DNA from: a virus
DNA: 64,000 nucleotides
IMG/VR virus record: IMGVR_UViG_3300009431_000003
Reading direction: 5' to 3' (one strand)
Positions within the stretch are counted from its first letter, which is position 1, and each line of letters starts with the position of its first letter. Below, piece by piece: positions 38,243-46,612 of this stretch. Below the pieces are notes generated by a model. The model did no database searches, was not told the DNA's origin, and saw only the letters and a list, made by a program, of their open reading frames with translations. Both the position numbers and the translations under genes were made by a program.

Positions 38243-39145
38243 TCAACCTCCCTGGAACAATTTCAAAAACGCTTTGTACAGCGCCTTTTCTTGTGTAGGA
38301 TATTGCTGTGTTATCGCAAACGGGAGAAATATCTCCCAAATAATTGGTTTACCTTCAAAATAACTATAATCGATACAGGCAAAGTCCAGCCCCAAATATT
38401 TAACGGCCTCAACAAGCATCTCTTGGTTTGGTTCATCTCCTTGTACATATTTTGCCGCCGTCTCCCGAGCAACATGAGATACAGGGCTGGTTTTAAGGCG
38501 CACCTCCCAATACTTTGACATCTGTAGTTGTCGTGGGTATGCACGATCACCTATTACAACTGCCCGATACTTAGAAAACACTCCGCCCTTAGATGTATCA
38601 ATAAATGCCTGGGACATAACCAAATCGGGCGGGCTTTCTACCTTACGAATATCTTCTTTGGCGTCAATCTTAATCAGCTTACCTCGACCGCCGTGGCCGG
38701 CCACACGACGAATTATTGCTGGATAAGTGGGAATATTGAGCTTATGAACGCCTTCAGCTACAGAAAATACTTTTGATACTGTAAAGCCTCCGGCAGCCAA
38801 ACGCTTGAGGCAATCATCTCTCCGCAAATATGGACTACATTTACGTATACTATTAAGGACTTTGCCAGTTGCATAGCTCTCTACCTGAGCATAAAAATCT
38901 TTTACAATAGGGGCGTAGTGTATTGTTTCCGGAGGAATAAACACCAAAGTCTGTCGATGGGCTAAAATATCCCTCGCCTGGTTAAGCATAGCTAACTTCA
39001 TTGCTTTAGCCATAAATGCCCGCTGACTAGGTCGAAGAACAACTACTCGATTAGTGTCCTGTTCCTGAATTAAGTACTCCCGGATACGCTCAATAAACCC
39101 CAAAGGGTTCCTTCCACAATGAGTAACAATGGTAGTATCCTTCAT
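38243..39145 (-). CDS. ATP-grasp ligase (RimK/GshB-like fold), 300 aa
   Basis: YPAIIRRVAGHGG, SQAFID, KYRAVVIG, GLDFACIDY, IIWEI. Confidence 0.8.
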   Translation of the reverse strand: MKDTTIVTHCGRNPLGFIERIREYLIQEQDTNRVVVLRPSQRAFMAKAMKLAMLNQARDILAHRQTLVFIPPETIHYAPIVKDFYAQVESYATGKVLNSIRKCSPYLRRDDCLKRLAAGGFTVSKVFSVAEGVHKLNIPTYPAIIRRVAGHGGRGKLIKIDAKEDIRKVESPPDLVMSQAFIDTSKGGVFSKYRAVVIGDRAYPRQLQMSKYWEVRLKTSPVSHVARETAAKYVQGDEPNQEMLVEAVKYLGLDFACIDYSYFEGKPIIWEIFLPFAITQQYPTQEKALYKAFLKLFQGG

Positions 39146-39420
39146 AATAGTTCCGCAAAGACAAAAGGCTCTCGAAGAAGTAAGAAAGACTCGCCGTTCA
39201 TTTCTAATTTATCCGCAGAACGAGGCTCGAACAATACACGCATCCCTACAGATACTACTGTAGGACAAAATACTTTACCTTTCCATGCACCAGGTCCTTT
39301 GGCCAAGACCTTCCCAGTATCTGAAGGAGGAACCGCAGTATCTGGAAGTACCAGAGAAGTCTCCTCAAGTATTCTGGGTTTGTCGGGCCGGACAAGTACA
39401 AAGTCATGATACAGTTCCAT
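39142..39420 (-). CDS. groES: GroES/Cpn10 co-chaperonin
   Basis: HDFVLVRP...LVLPDTA...TGKVLAKGPG...VSVGMRVLF...MNGESFLLLRE. Confidence 0.85.
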   Translation of the reverse strand: MELYHDFVLVRPDKPRILEETSLVLPDTAVPPSDTGKVLAKGPGAWKGKVFCPTVVSVGMRVLFEPRSADKLEMNGESFLLLREPFVFAELL

Positions 39421-39456
39421 AAATACCTCCAGATGAATACAGTAACACCATAATAG

Positions 39457-40227
39457 TTAAACGTAAAGACTTGCCTTTCTCCTTTTACCTGTACTTAGAA
39501 GACTTACCAAATACTCAGCCACTATTGGGAGCCCCCTCTCCATGCCTTCTGCAGTAAATTCAAGTACCCTATGATTTACCTCCAATACTTGAGGAGGATC
39601 GGAAGGTAGAATATCCACACCACCTATTCGGTACTTTCCAAGAATACTTGCCGCCTTAATCGCAAGACGCAGTGCGTCATCAGATAAATCACTTCCAGAC
39701 TCAACTGCTCCAAGAGAACCTTTACCATATGCCGCACGAAAACCGTCCTTAGCAATTCTTTTGGATACAGCGGCCACTTTATCACCGGCCACTAAAACCC
39801 TGTAACATACACCACCTGTTTCTATATATTCTTGGAGTATACCAGGAAGAAATATAGGTGTTGGATTGTGCCTAGTCATCTTCCTTATACTCATAGAGTG
39901 AGATAAATTAATTGGTTTTAAGACTGCCGGAAGCTTAATCTGTTTTAGTGCTTTATAGTACCCAGGAATATCAGAAACATACAAAGAAGCAGGAGTTAAA
40001 ATCTTTCTGTTACAGAAAGATTTATATTGCTGTATTTTATTAAAAACTATTCCATTTACCTGCTTAGGTTTAAAATACATGGAAGGGCGAGTAATTGAGT
40101 GGAAATAAGTAACCGGCGCCCGTTTTATTGACCAAGACAAGATTACTTTTACACCAAGAGACTCAATCGCCCTTTTTAATGCCTGAGTATCTTTGTTCTT
40201 TGATGAGCCATATATCTGTATTGCCAA
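39457..40227 (-). CDS. RimK-like ATP-grasp ligase, 256 aa
   Basis: LPAVLKP, ILQEYIE, YRVLVAGDK, GGVDIL, VLEVN. Confidence 0.85.
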   Translation of the reverse strand: MAIQIYGSSKNKDTQALKRAIESLGVKVILSWSIKRAPVTYFHSITRPSMYFKPKQVNGIVFNKIQQYKSFCNRKILTPASLYVSDIPGYYKALKQIKLPAVLKPINLSHSMSIRKMTRHNPTPIFLPGILQEYIETGGVCYRVLVAGDKVAAVSKRIAKDGFRAAYGKGSLGAVESGSDLSDDALRLAIKAASILGKYRIGGVDILPSDPPQVLEVNHRVLEFTAEGMERGLPIVAEYLVSLLSTGKRRKASLYV

Positions 40228-40290
40228 TATAATTTATTCCTTTATTCCATAAGAGTAGTAACAAACAACAAGATTAGCAAGGAGTTTAGT

Positions 40291-40749
40291 ATGAATAAAA
40301 AACAATTTATTTCTATGATTCTTATTGTTATCGGTATAATTTTGGGATGCCTGACAGTACATAGTCGTATGTCTCAAGGGTGTAGTTTCGAAGGCATTCC
40401 TCTCCATGGGTATGTACGGGTCGTGGAATGCTTTGGGGACATTAAAGTCCAGGAAGTACAATCTCCGCCTATTGACTTGTATGTAAAATGGGTAGATGCT
40501 TTCCCTGATACCTGTGGCCAATGGAAACAAGTTGGTGCTTTTGAAGACTTCACAATAGAATTTACCGACTTGCTTCCAGACATACGAGTCAAGTTTGTGC
40601 ATGGGTTTCCTGACAGCGGAGACTCATCTAACAGGGACGATGCTCCAAACAATGAAGATACTATGGACGACGACGATGAGTGGGCCGGAAAACCTTACGG
40701 CCCTCCGGATAACGACACAAAAACAGAAACTTGTGGAGGAACTTACTAA
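40291..40749 (+). CDS. Secreted/membrane-anchored repeat protein (KVxxVxxFPD-type repeats) with acidic tail
   Basis: N-terminal TM/signal; CSFEGIPLHGYVRVVECFGDIKVQEV...VKWVDAFPD...VKFVHGFPD; AAGGAG RBS. Confidence 0.65.
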   Translation: MNKKQFISMILIVIGIILGCLTVHSRMSQGCSFEGIPLHGYVRVVECFGDIKVQEVQSPPIDLYVKWVDAFPDTCGQWKQVGAFEDFTIEFTDLLPDIRVKFVHGFPDSGDSSNRDDAPNNEDTMDDDDEWAGKPYGPPDNDTKTETCGGTY

Positions 40750-40761
40750 AGTTCCTTTACT

Positions 40762-41250
40762 TTGGAGAACAAAATGAAGTATTTGCTTACAGAAGTATCT
40801 GACAACGAGGAAGAGGAAATCAATACGCCTTTTGATGTCTCAAATGTTCTTGTCCTACGAGAACCTCTAGGAGACTTTGCTTTGTTAATGGAATCCAAGC
40901 TGCGGAAACACGATGTAACCAGGGGTCCTCGCGGATGGATCACCAACTGGCAAAGACAGCCTGGAGTACATCCCTGGACCGAAAGCCAAAAGCTTCAGTT
41001 CCTACACCAAGCAATAATAAAAGAAGGATCGGAGCTGCAAGGTGCACTGTCCAACCTTCAAGCGTATCTGTCAATCAACAAGCACAGCTTCAAAAAGCTG
41101 GACGGCCCTTCGGTACTCGAAGCTCTTGGGGCCAGCTCCGTCGAGGAACTCATCGAGCGGGTTCAGGAAGAAGCCGCGGATCTCGCAAACCAGGCTATGA
41201 TGCTATCTGACTTAGCCGGCACCCTAAAAACAGAGAACGACGATGCTTAA
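40762..41250 (+). CDS. MazG-like / all-alpha NTP pyrophosphohydrolase family protein
   Basis: FALLMESKLRKHD...KEGSEL...EEAADLANQAMM. Confidence 0.6.
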   Translation: MENKMKYLLTEVSDNEEEEINTPFDVSNVLVLREPLGDFALLMESKLRKHDVTRGPRGWITNWQRQPGVHPWTESQKLQFLHQAIIKEGSELQGALSNLQAYLSINKHSFKKLDGPSVLEALGASSVEELIERVQEEAADLANQAMMLSDLAGTLKTENDDA

Positions 41251-41836
41251 AAAGATAAAAGGAATACAGGTACATACAGCTTTAGCGTACTTTGTTCTAC
41301 TGCCTACCCTTTTCTTTGTAACTATGCAGGAAAGTACCAAAGAATATAAAATCTGTTGGGACTTTATAGATATGGACACTATTGGCAGACACTGGAACGA
41401 CAGGCAACAAGAGATCGACCGTCTTACTCCAGTGATTCAAAAAACACATAAACACACAGACCCTAAATACCTTGTAGAGCTAATCCCAATTGTAGTTGAT
41501 TGGTCCTGGAACAGAAATATTGATGTACTATGGGTATCTGCTATTATCTCTGTCGAAACTAATTGGATCCGACAAGAAAGATATGGTATGGGTGGTGGCG
41601 GGCCGATGCAGGTAAATCATACCTGCCACGCTGAAAGGTTTGGAGTAAAAGACATCAGCGAGTGGTGGAAAAACCTGAACCTCAACCTTGAAGCCGGTAC
41701 CTGGGTACTACAACAATGTCATGGAAGCGCAGCTTGTTATAACGGGCATCCTGACTTGGAACTCCGGGCAGAATATGTTACAAATGTAAATAAGCGCTTT
41801 AAACGGATCAGTAGGGCATGGAAGGAAAACCCATGA
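41243..41836 (+). CDS. Lytic transglycosylase (SLT) with N-terminal TM segment
   Basis: SAIISVETNW (catalytic Glu), GPMQVN, NLEAGTWVL, ACYNG. Confidence 0.8.
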   Translation: MLKKIKGIQVHTALAYFVLLPTLFFVTMQESTKEYKICWDFIDMDTIGRHWNDRQQEIDRLTPVIQKTHKHTDPKYLVELIPIVVDWSWNRNIDVLWVSAIISVETNWIRQERYGMGGGGPMQVNHTCHAERFGVKDISEWWKNLNLNLEAGTWVLQQCHGSAACYNGHPDLELRAEYVTNVNKRFKRISRAWKENP

Positions 41837-42291
41837 AAGTAATTGACGGAAAGATAGCTAAAGATGGTCCGAAAAAAATAAATATCCACACCAAAGGGAG
41901 ACAAGTAGGTAATACAGTACGCGGTATTTCTAAAGACGTGTTTGTTCAGCTCAAACAAGTCATTGAGCAGACTCCTTTTATGCCAAAAAAGGTAATCCTG
42001 CCTCCTCTTACAGCAGAAGATATACAAGGTAAGTATATCTCAAGACGCACCACTGCTCTTCGAGACCAATATGCTGCAATCTATAGAAATTCTAAGGGAG
42101 TTGGGCAACAGTCTCTCGAAGAAATTAATAGAACCCTGAGCCGCAAAGCAGAAGGAATGAAACCATCCCCACCTACATCCCATTCAGAGTTATCAGAACC
42201 AACTACAGTATCCCCAAGAATATATTGCCGCTGGACAGCAGAGCAACAAGCTCCCGTAGCAAAATCGCCTTATTCTGAACCCAGTACTTGA
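41833..42291 (+). CDS. Hypothetical basic protein
   Basis: AAGGA RBS; ATGA coupling. Confidence 0.65.
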   Translation: MKVIDGKIAKDGPKKINIHTKGRQVGNTVRGISKDVFVQLKQVIEQTPFMPKKVILPPLTAEDIQGKYISRRTTALRDQYAAIYRNSKGVGQQSLEEINRTLSRKAEGMKPSPPTSHSELSEPTTVSPRIYCRWTAEQQAPVAKSPYSEPST

Positions 42292-42316
42292 CAGCCGCAG
42301 AAAGAGTCACTAGTTT
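42288..42316 (+). promoter_or_regulatory. sigma70-type promoter TTGACA-N17-TAGTTT
   Basis: Exact -35, 17-nt spacer, TAnnnT -10; upstream of a 58-aa ORF and the tRNA-like RNA. Confidence 0.6.
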
Positions 42317-42334
42317 CTTCTCAAGGAGAAATTA

Positions 42335-42511
42335 ATGAATAAGCCCAATTTTATTGAAGCGGAAGTACCCAAATTCCCTTCTGCACCAATGCCTACTGAT
42401 TCTTTCGAAGAACCTTCCTTACCTATTTCCTTCGAACACTTTCTATTTATATCCATTCTTGTCCCACAAATATTTAAACCTACCTATTATTGGTGGGAAC
42501 AATATATCTAG
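42335..42511 (+). CDS. Small hypothetical protein, 58 aa, hydrophobic C-terminus (not in ORF track)
   Basis: AAGGAG RBS; MNKPNFIEAEV...FLFISILVPQIFKPTYYWWEQYI*. Confidence 0.6.
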   Translation: MNKPNFIEAEVPKFPSAPMPTDSFEEPSLPISFEHFLFISILVPQIFKPTYYWWEQYI

Positions 42512-42550
42512 CTCTGTCAATAGATTAAATCTAACCTCCCGACTCAATAT

Positions 42551-42624
42551 GGCGGTTGTGCGTTGAAAAGCATAACGATAGGGTAGCTCCCTAGCTGCCG
42601 GTTCGTATCCGGCCAACCGCCCCA
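42551..42624 (+). ncRNA. tRNA-like RNA with His-type acceptor (G-1:C73, encoded CCA) and aberrant anticodon arm
   Basis: Acceptor GGCGGTTG/CAACCGCC + CCA; D stem CGTT/AACG; stem TAGGG/CCCTA with 5-nt loop TAGCT; T arm GCCGG-TTCGTAT-CCGGC. Confidence 0.75.
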
Positions 42625-42641
42625 ACTCTAAAGGAGTCATT

Positions 42642-43064
42642 ATGAAAACCATTATTGTAGTAGAGATACCACATACACGTAAACCTTCAGCTTACTTCAC
42701 CACCCTCAAAGAGCTAGTATTCAGGGCGAAAGAAGAGAATAACAATTCAACATACCATGTCTGGACCTCCCTAAAAGAACTACAAGATTGTTTCGGTGAG
42801 GACATACCACTGCCCGCAAGGCACATTATTGCGGCACAAGATGCAGCTGTAGAAGTAAATAATGGCGGCGCTGTTGATTGGTACTCTTTAAAGGCAGCAC
42901 CCTCTCCAGAAGAATGGGCCTACGAAGTCCTCTTTGGCGATCTCCACTCTTATAAAATATTTGATGACCCAGAAGAAGCGGAGGAATGGGCTACATCTTA
43001 TCGCGGCCACCAGTGGCCGCAGGCTACTTCTGCTCTTGAAAAAGAGCTTATACAACCTATTTAA
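42642..43064 (+). CDS. Hypothetical protein, 140 aa
   Basis: AAGGAG RBS. Confidence 0.75.
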   Translation: MKTIIVVEIPHTRKPSAYFTTLKELVFRAKEENNNSTYHVWTSLKELQDCFGEDIPLPARHIIAAQDAAVEVNNGGAVDWYSLKAAPSPEEWAYEVLFGDLHSYKIFDDPEEAEEWATSYRGHQWPQATSALEKELIQPI

Positions 43065-43073
43065 GGAAATACT

Positions 43074-43571
43074 ATGAAATACTTTAAAGGGTACGTGGTT
43101 CATTTAGGCGCCACAGTAAAGCACAAAGCCTGGGTATTGTTTTACCTATCCCACTTCTGCACAAAGTTAATGTATCGAGGTATAGTACATGATTTATCTA
43201 AATTCTCACATATAGAAGCTAACGGTTTTGCTCAAACAATATTCAAACTAAAAACTTCTAAGTATGGATCTGAGGAATATTATAAGCTTCTTTTACAGCT
43301 TGCTCCCAGCCTGGAAAATCATTATAAAAAGAATAAACATCACCCGGAACATTGGCCAAATGGTGTCTCCGGAATGGACCTAACTGATTTTGTAGAACTT
43401 ACCTTTGATTGGCTCGCCGCGGTAAAAAGATACAAAGACGGAGACCCAATAAGAAGTGCCGAGCTTAATAAAATTAGGTTTGAATATAGCGACACTGTTG
43501 AAAGTATCCTGGTTAATACCTTCCGACGCATGGGCTACAAACGTCAGATTACAAAAGTGGAGATAGAATGA
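43074..43571 (+). CDS. DUF5662-like (HD-type His/Asp) protein
   Basis: VHDLSKF...NHYKKNKHHPEHW...MDLTDFVELTFDWLAA. Confidence 0.75.
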   Translation: MKYFKGYVVHLGATVKHKAWVLFYLSHFCTKLMYRGIVHDLSKFSHIEANGFAQTIFKLKTSKYGSEEYYKLLLQLAPSLENHYKKNKHHPEHWPNGVSGMDLTDFVELTFDWLAAVKRYKDGDPIRSAELNKIRFEYSDTVESILVNTFRRMGYKRQITKVEIE

Positions 43572-44311
43572 GCAATGTAATAGAAACTATTTTTAAAAAT
43601 CTACCTGGGATGAAAACCGAACAACGAGTTATCGCAACAAGTATTCTAAATCAGCTCTTAAAATCTTCCGAGACTGACCTCGATATTAAGAATCTCGATG
43701 ATGCGGACTTCGAGGACGTATGCACATTACTTTCTCTCAATCAGAGAAGGCCTACCAATGAAATAGTCTTGGCTAGTTGTATATCTTTAATTAAAATACA
43801 CCGTATGCTTGCCAAAGCACTAATACAGTACTCCAACAATACAAAAGGAGAAAAGATGGAAAGCAAGAAAAAGAAAGTTGCACAAGAGAAAGCTGTTTTG
43901 GCGGCGCGTCTTGATCGGCAGTATAAAGTTATCCGAGACACAAACGGACTACCAAGAGTTATTATTTGTAAATTATTTCCCCGGAACAAAAGCCCGGAAG
44001 AAACTAAATGCCGTAGAGTATTAGCTATCGGATATGCCATCTGTTCTTTATCTGAAGAACCCACCAAGAAAAAAGGTAACGCCGCTGCTTATGGCCGGGC
44101 CTTTAAAGCTCTATACGAAAAGAAAAGCTTTGCCCCAGTTAGTCGCGTAGAAATTATGGAAATTCGCGGAACTCTGGTTAGGGTTCCTAGTCTTGCTATG
44201 GTGGCTCTTGAGACCATCCCTAAGGAAGAACTAGAAAAGGACGCGACTTTACATGAGTTTATGTGGGATAAATATGCTTCTCTTCATAAGGGCATCTTCA
44301 TCGAGAAATAA
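43568..44311 (+). CDS. Hypothetical protein, 247 aa, with an in-frame internal RBS+ATG
   Basis: ATGA-coupled; AAAGGAG...ATG before MESKKKK. Confidence 0.65.
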   Translation: MSNVIETIFKNLPGMKTEQRVIATSILNQLLKSSETDLDIKNLDDADFEDVCTLLSLNQRRPTNEIVLASCISLIKIHRMLAKALIQYSNNTKGEKMESKKKKVAQEKAVLAARLDRQYKVIRDTNGLPRVIICKLFPRNKSPEETKCRRVLAIGYAICSLSEEPTKKKGNAAAYGRAFKALYEKKSFAPVSRVEIMEIRGTLVRVPSLAMVALETIPKEELEKDATLHEFMWDKYASLHKGIFIEK

Positions 44312-44440
44312 TCTTCCTTGACAACTCTCTCCTACAAAGTAAAAATAGTCGATACGAACCAAAACTGTTGGGTGGCTTTCATCCAAATACAATTAAAATC
44401 TTATCAACAAGCCAGGAATCCCTGTTGTCTAGGAGACATT

Positions 44441-44629
44441 ATGCCATGTAACCGTAAAACAGAAGTTTATAGCAGAATTGTAGGGTATTATCGCCCAGTC
44501 CAACAATGGAATCCAGGTAAAAAAGCCGAGTTTCGTAACCGAAAAAACTACAAAATAACTGTGCCAAGCCCTAAAAAAGATTTAATTTCCGTACATACGG
44601 CACTGGAGCCCATTACAACTACTGCATAA
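44441..44629 (+). CDS. Stand-alone NrdD (class III RNR) C-terminal glycyl-radical peptide, 62 aa
   Basis: AGGAG RBS; TEVYSRIVGYYRPVQQWNPGKKAEF matches the NrdD C-terminal SRxxGY motif. Confidence 0.85.
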   Translation: MPCNRKTEVYSRIVGYYRPVQQWNPGKKAEFRNRKNYKITVPSPKKDLISVHTALEPITTTA

Positions 44630-44644
44630 AACAAAAGGAGGCTG

Positions 44645-45283
44645 ATGAGTAAAAATATATACCGTTACCTATTCCAACCTACGTTTTTCCCTTTATCATT
44701 CACATTAGGAGAAATTAGAGTACTTTCCGGGCGGGCAGCAGAATATGCCGCAGCAAAAATTGCTAAAGAACATCTTCATCCTAACTCTTGCAAATTTAAG
44801 GGGATACTAAAAACTGACTCCTTTGGTATTGAGCCTGATATAATTGTTCCCTACAAAATCCCCTGGTATATTGAAGTAAAATCTATAGCTTCCTATGGGG
44901 ATGTACTAATCCGGGTTGATCAGTTTCAAGGCATCAACAATCATGGAGGAGTAAGCTACGCCTGGTTAGTTCATAATGGTGGACTTATGAAAATTCAGCC
45001 CATTGATATGATCTCCAACTATCTTAAAACTGCTTACCTCTGTCTCATACCGAATGATGTCGTACACGAAGCTATAAAGCTCTACGCCGACACCTGGGAC
45101 GGTACCGACAAGAGTAAGCAAGGTGTTCTAATGCCGAGGAAAGATAATCCGGCAGAGACAAAGGTTGGGTGGTGTGCTTATACTTGGTATCGCTTTAGGT
45201 TCACTAAACTACTAAAGCTGGTCGGCGACCGGGCAATAAGATTAAGGCATTCCAGTTATGAAGAACAACAAAAACCAAAATAA
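44645..45283 (+). CDS. PD-(D/E)XK-like nuclease
   Basis: EPDII...YIEVKS. Confidence 0.55.
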   Translation: MSKNIYRYLFQPTFFPLSFTLGEIRVLSGRAAEYAAAKIAKEHLHPNSCKFKGILKTDSFGIEPDIIVPYKIPWYIEVKSIASYGDVLIRVDQFQGINNHGGVSYAWLVHNGGLMKIQPIDMISNYLKTAYLCLIPNDVVHEAIKLYADTWDGTDKSKQGVLMPRKDNPAETKVGWCAYTWYRFRFTKLLKLVGDRAIRLRHSSYEEQQKPK

Positions 45284-45728
45284 ATACCGCTGGACAAACA
45301 AATTATCTGACGGAACTTACAGATCAAAAGGAGGAAAGAATAAGGTAGGCTGGAATAACTTTAGAAATGAACGCTGCCCAACATGTAATCGTAAGTATCG
45401 ATATTTCCGTGCGGAGATAAATAAGGAAGCCTATAACATCATTCTGCAAGAGCGCGACGACCCAAAACACCGTAGGACCCAAATAAACATTAATCAGCTC
45501 CTCGGCAAAAAAAGAGAGATTAAACTTGAAGCCTGGAACGCACATAAGCGCGAATGTGAGCTAGTGGCTCGACAAAAAGCCGGAGAAGATATCTCGGAAG
45601 AGGAGATGGTCGATGCGATTATTGAGGTCGAATCTTACCCAGGGTACTTTCTCAAAACTGATTCTAAAACCAAAGATATCATGTACCCAAACCCCAGCAA
45701 TGATGATGATGATGACATACCTTTTTAG
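45258..45728 (+). CDS. Hypothetical protein with CPTC and acidic DDDDIPF C-terminal tail
   Basis: C-terminus NDDDDDIPF resembles SSB-type acidic tips. Confidence 0.6.
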   Translation: MKNNKNQNKYRWTNKLSDGTYRSKGGKNKVGWNNFRNERCPTCNRKYRYFRAEINKEAYNIILQERDDPKHRRTQININQLLGKKREIKLEAWNAHKRECELVARQKAGEDISEEEMVDAIIEVESYPGYFLKTDSKTKDIMYPNPSNDDDDDIPF

Positions 45729-45736
45729 GAGGACAC

Positions 45737-46318
45737 ATGAGTAAATACCCACACTGTGAAAAGCTGGCTGAACACAAGAGAGAAGTCCGCACCCTCACGG
45801 AGTTCCTTGAGTGGACAGACAGTGAGGAACTGTACCTGGCGCAGTACGCCAAGAAACCAAAAAGCCCTGACGACTACCCAGAGGAGGACATGGTAGATCT
45901 GGAGGAAGAGGAGCCAATACTTGCTCTATTGAAGGCATTCGATCCAACCAAGAGATGGGGCGAGGCTCCTCCAACCTTCCTACCCAGACTCTACCTTGAG
46001 CACAAACGAATGTGGCACATGACCGATGAGTGGGGCGCTCTCTTCAAAGCCTTTGGTCGTCACCAGGACCTGATCAATAAATATCTCGGTATCGATATGG
46101 CCGAGGTCGAAAAGGAGCGACAACAAATGCTGGCCGAGCAGAGACTCCTTAACGAAGGAAAGCACAGCTTCTGTGGAGGCTGCGAGGACTGTCTTGAGAA
46201 AGAAAAGATGGTGCTAAAAGGAATCGGCGGCAAAGACATTTACTTCTGCGAGAAGTGTCTAATTAAGATTGCGAAGATCATTGAGATCGGAGAGAACCAG
46301 GAGGATACTACTGAGTAG
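45737..46318 (+). CDS. Hypothetical protein with C-terminal Zn-finger
   Basis: GGAGG RBS; CGGC...CEKC. Confidence 0.7.
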   Translation: MSKYPHCEKLAEHKREVRTLTEFLEWTDSEELYLAQYAKKPKSPDDYPEEDMVDLEEEEPILALLKAFDPTKRWGEAPPTFLPRLYLEHKRMWHMTDEWGALFKAFGRHQDLINKYLGIDMAEVEKERQQMLAEQRLLNEGKHSFCGGCEDCLEKEKMVLKGIGGKDIYFCEKCLIKIAKIIEIGENQEDTTE

Positions 46319-46423
46319 GAAGACCCTGATTAACTTCCTGCATCTCCACCCACAGACGTTGCTGAGGTGTGAGAGTCTCTCAGTTCGCCCTCATAATAAC
46401 AAAACACCTACAAGGAGAATCAC

Positions 46424-46612
46424 ATGAAAAATGTACAGACAGCAGTTAATGGTAATATTTTAACTATTACAGTAGACCTCTCGAAAGAGTTTGGCCTCTC
46501 TAAATCTGGGAAGACAGTCATTATTGCTACTACAAGTGGCTCAATCTCAATTGATTCGGACGATAGAATCAAATTGGGCCTGAACATCTATCGCTATCCG
46601 GAGGAAAAATGA
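46424..46612 (+). CDS. Small conserved beta-rich protein, 62 aa
   Basis: AAGGAG RBS; LTITVDLSKEFGLSKSGKTVIIATT is a recognisable small-protein family. Confidence 0.8.
   Translation: MKNVQTAVNGNILTITVDLSKEFGLSKSGKTVIIATTSGSISIDSDDRIKLGLNIYRYPEEK

Noticed and set aside
31589-39456. Identical 14-mer CTATTATGGTGTTA at 31589 (+) and 39443-39456 (-)
   Set aside because: Several 14-mer matches are expected by chance in a 64-kb AT-rich window, and one copy is coding sequence plus stop codons.
42443-42652. 69-aa minus-strand ORF
   Set aside because: It lies antisense to the tRNA-like structure and the 58-aa ORF, has no RBS and sits in a plus-strand block; the RNA structure explains the sequence better.
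44318-44440. TTG start and N-terminal extension of the NrdD-like ORF
   Set aside because: The TTG is part of a TTGACA hexamer (possible -35, with only a weak -10); the strong AGGAG RBS points to ATG 44441.
46311-46427. Short CTG-start ORF or small hairpins in the 46320-46420 gap
   Set aside because: Non-canonical start, only 4-6 bp stems, and no recognisable RNA fold.
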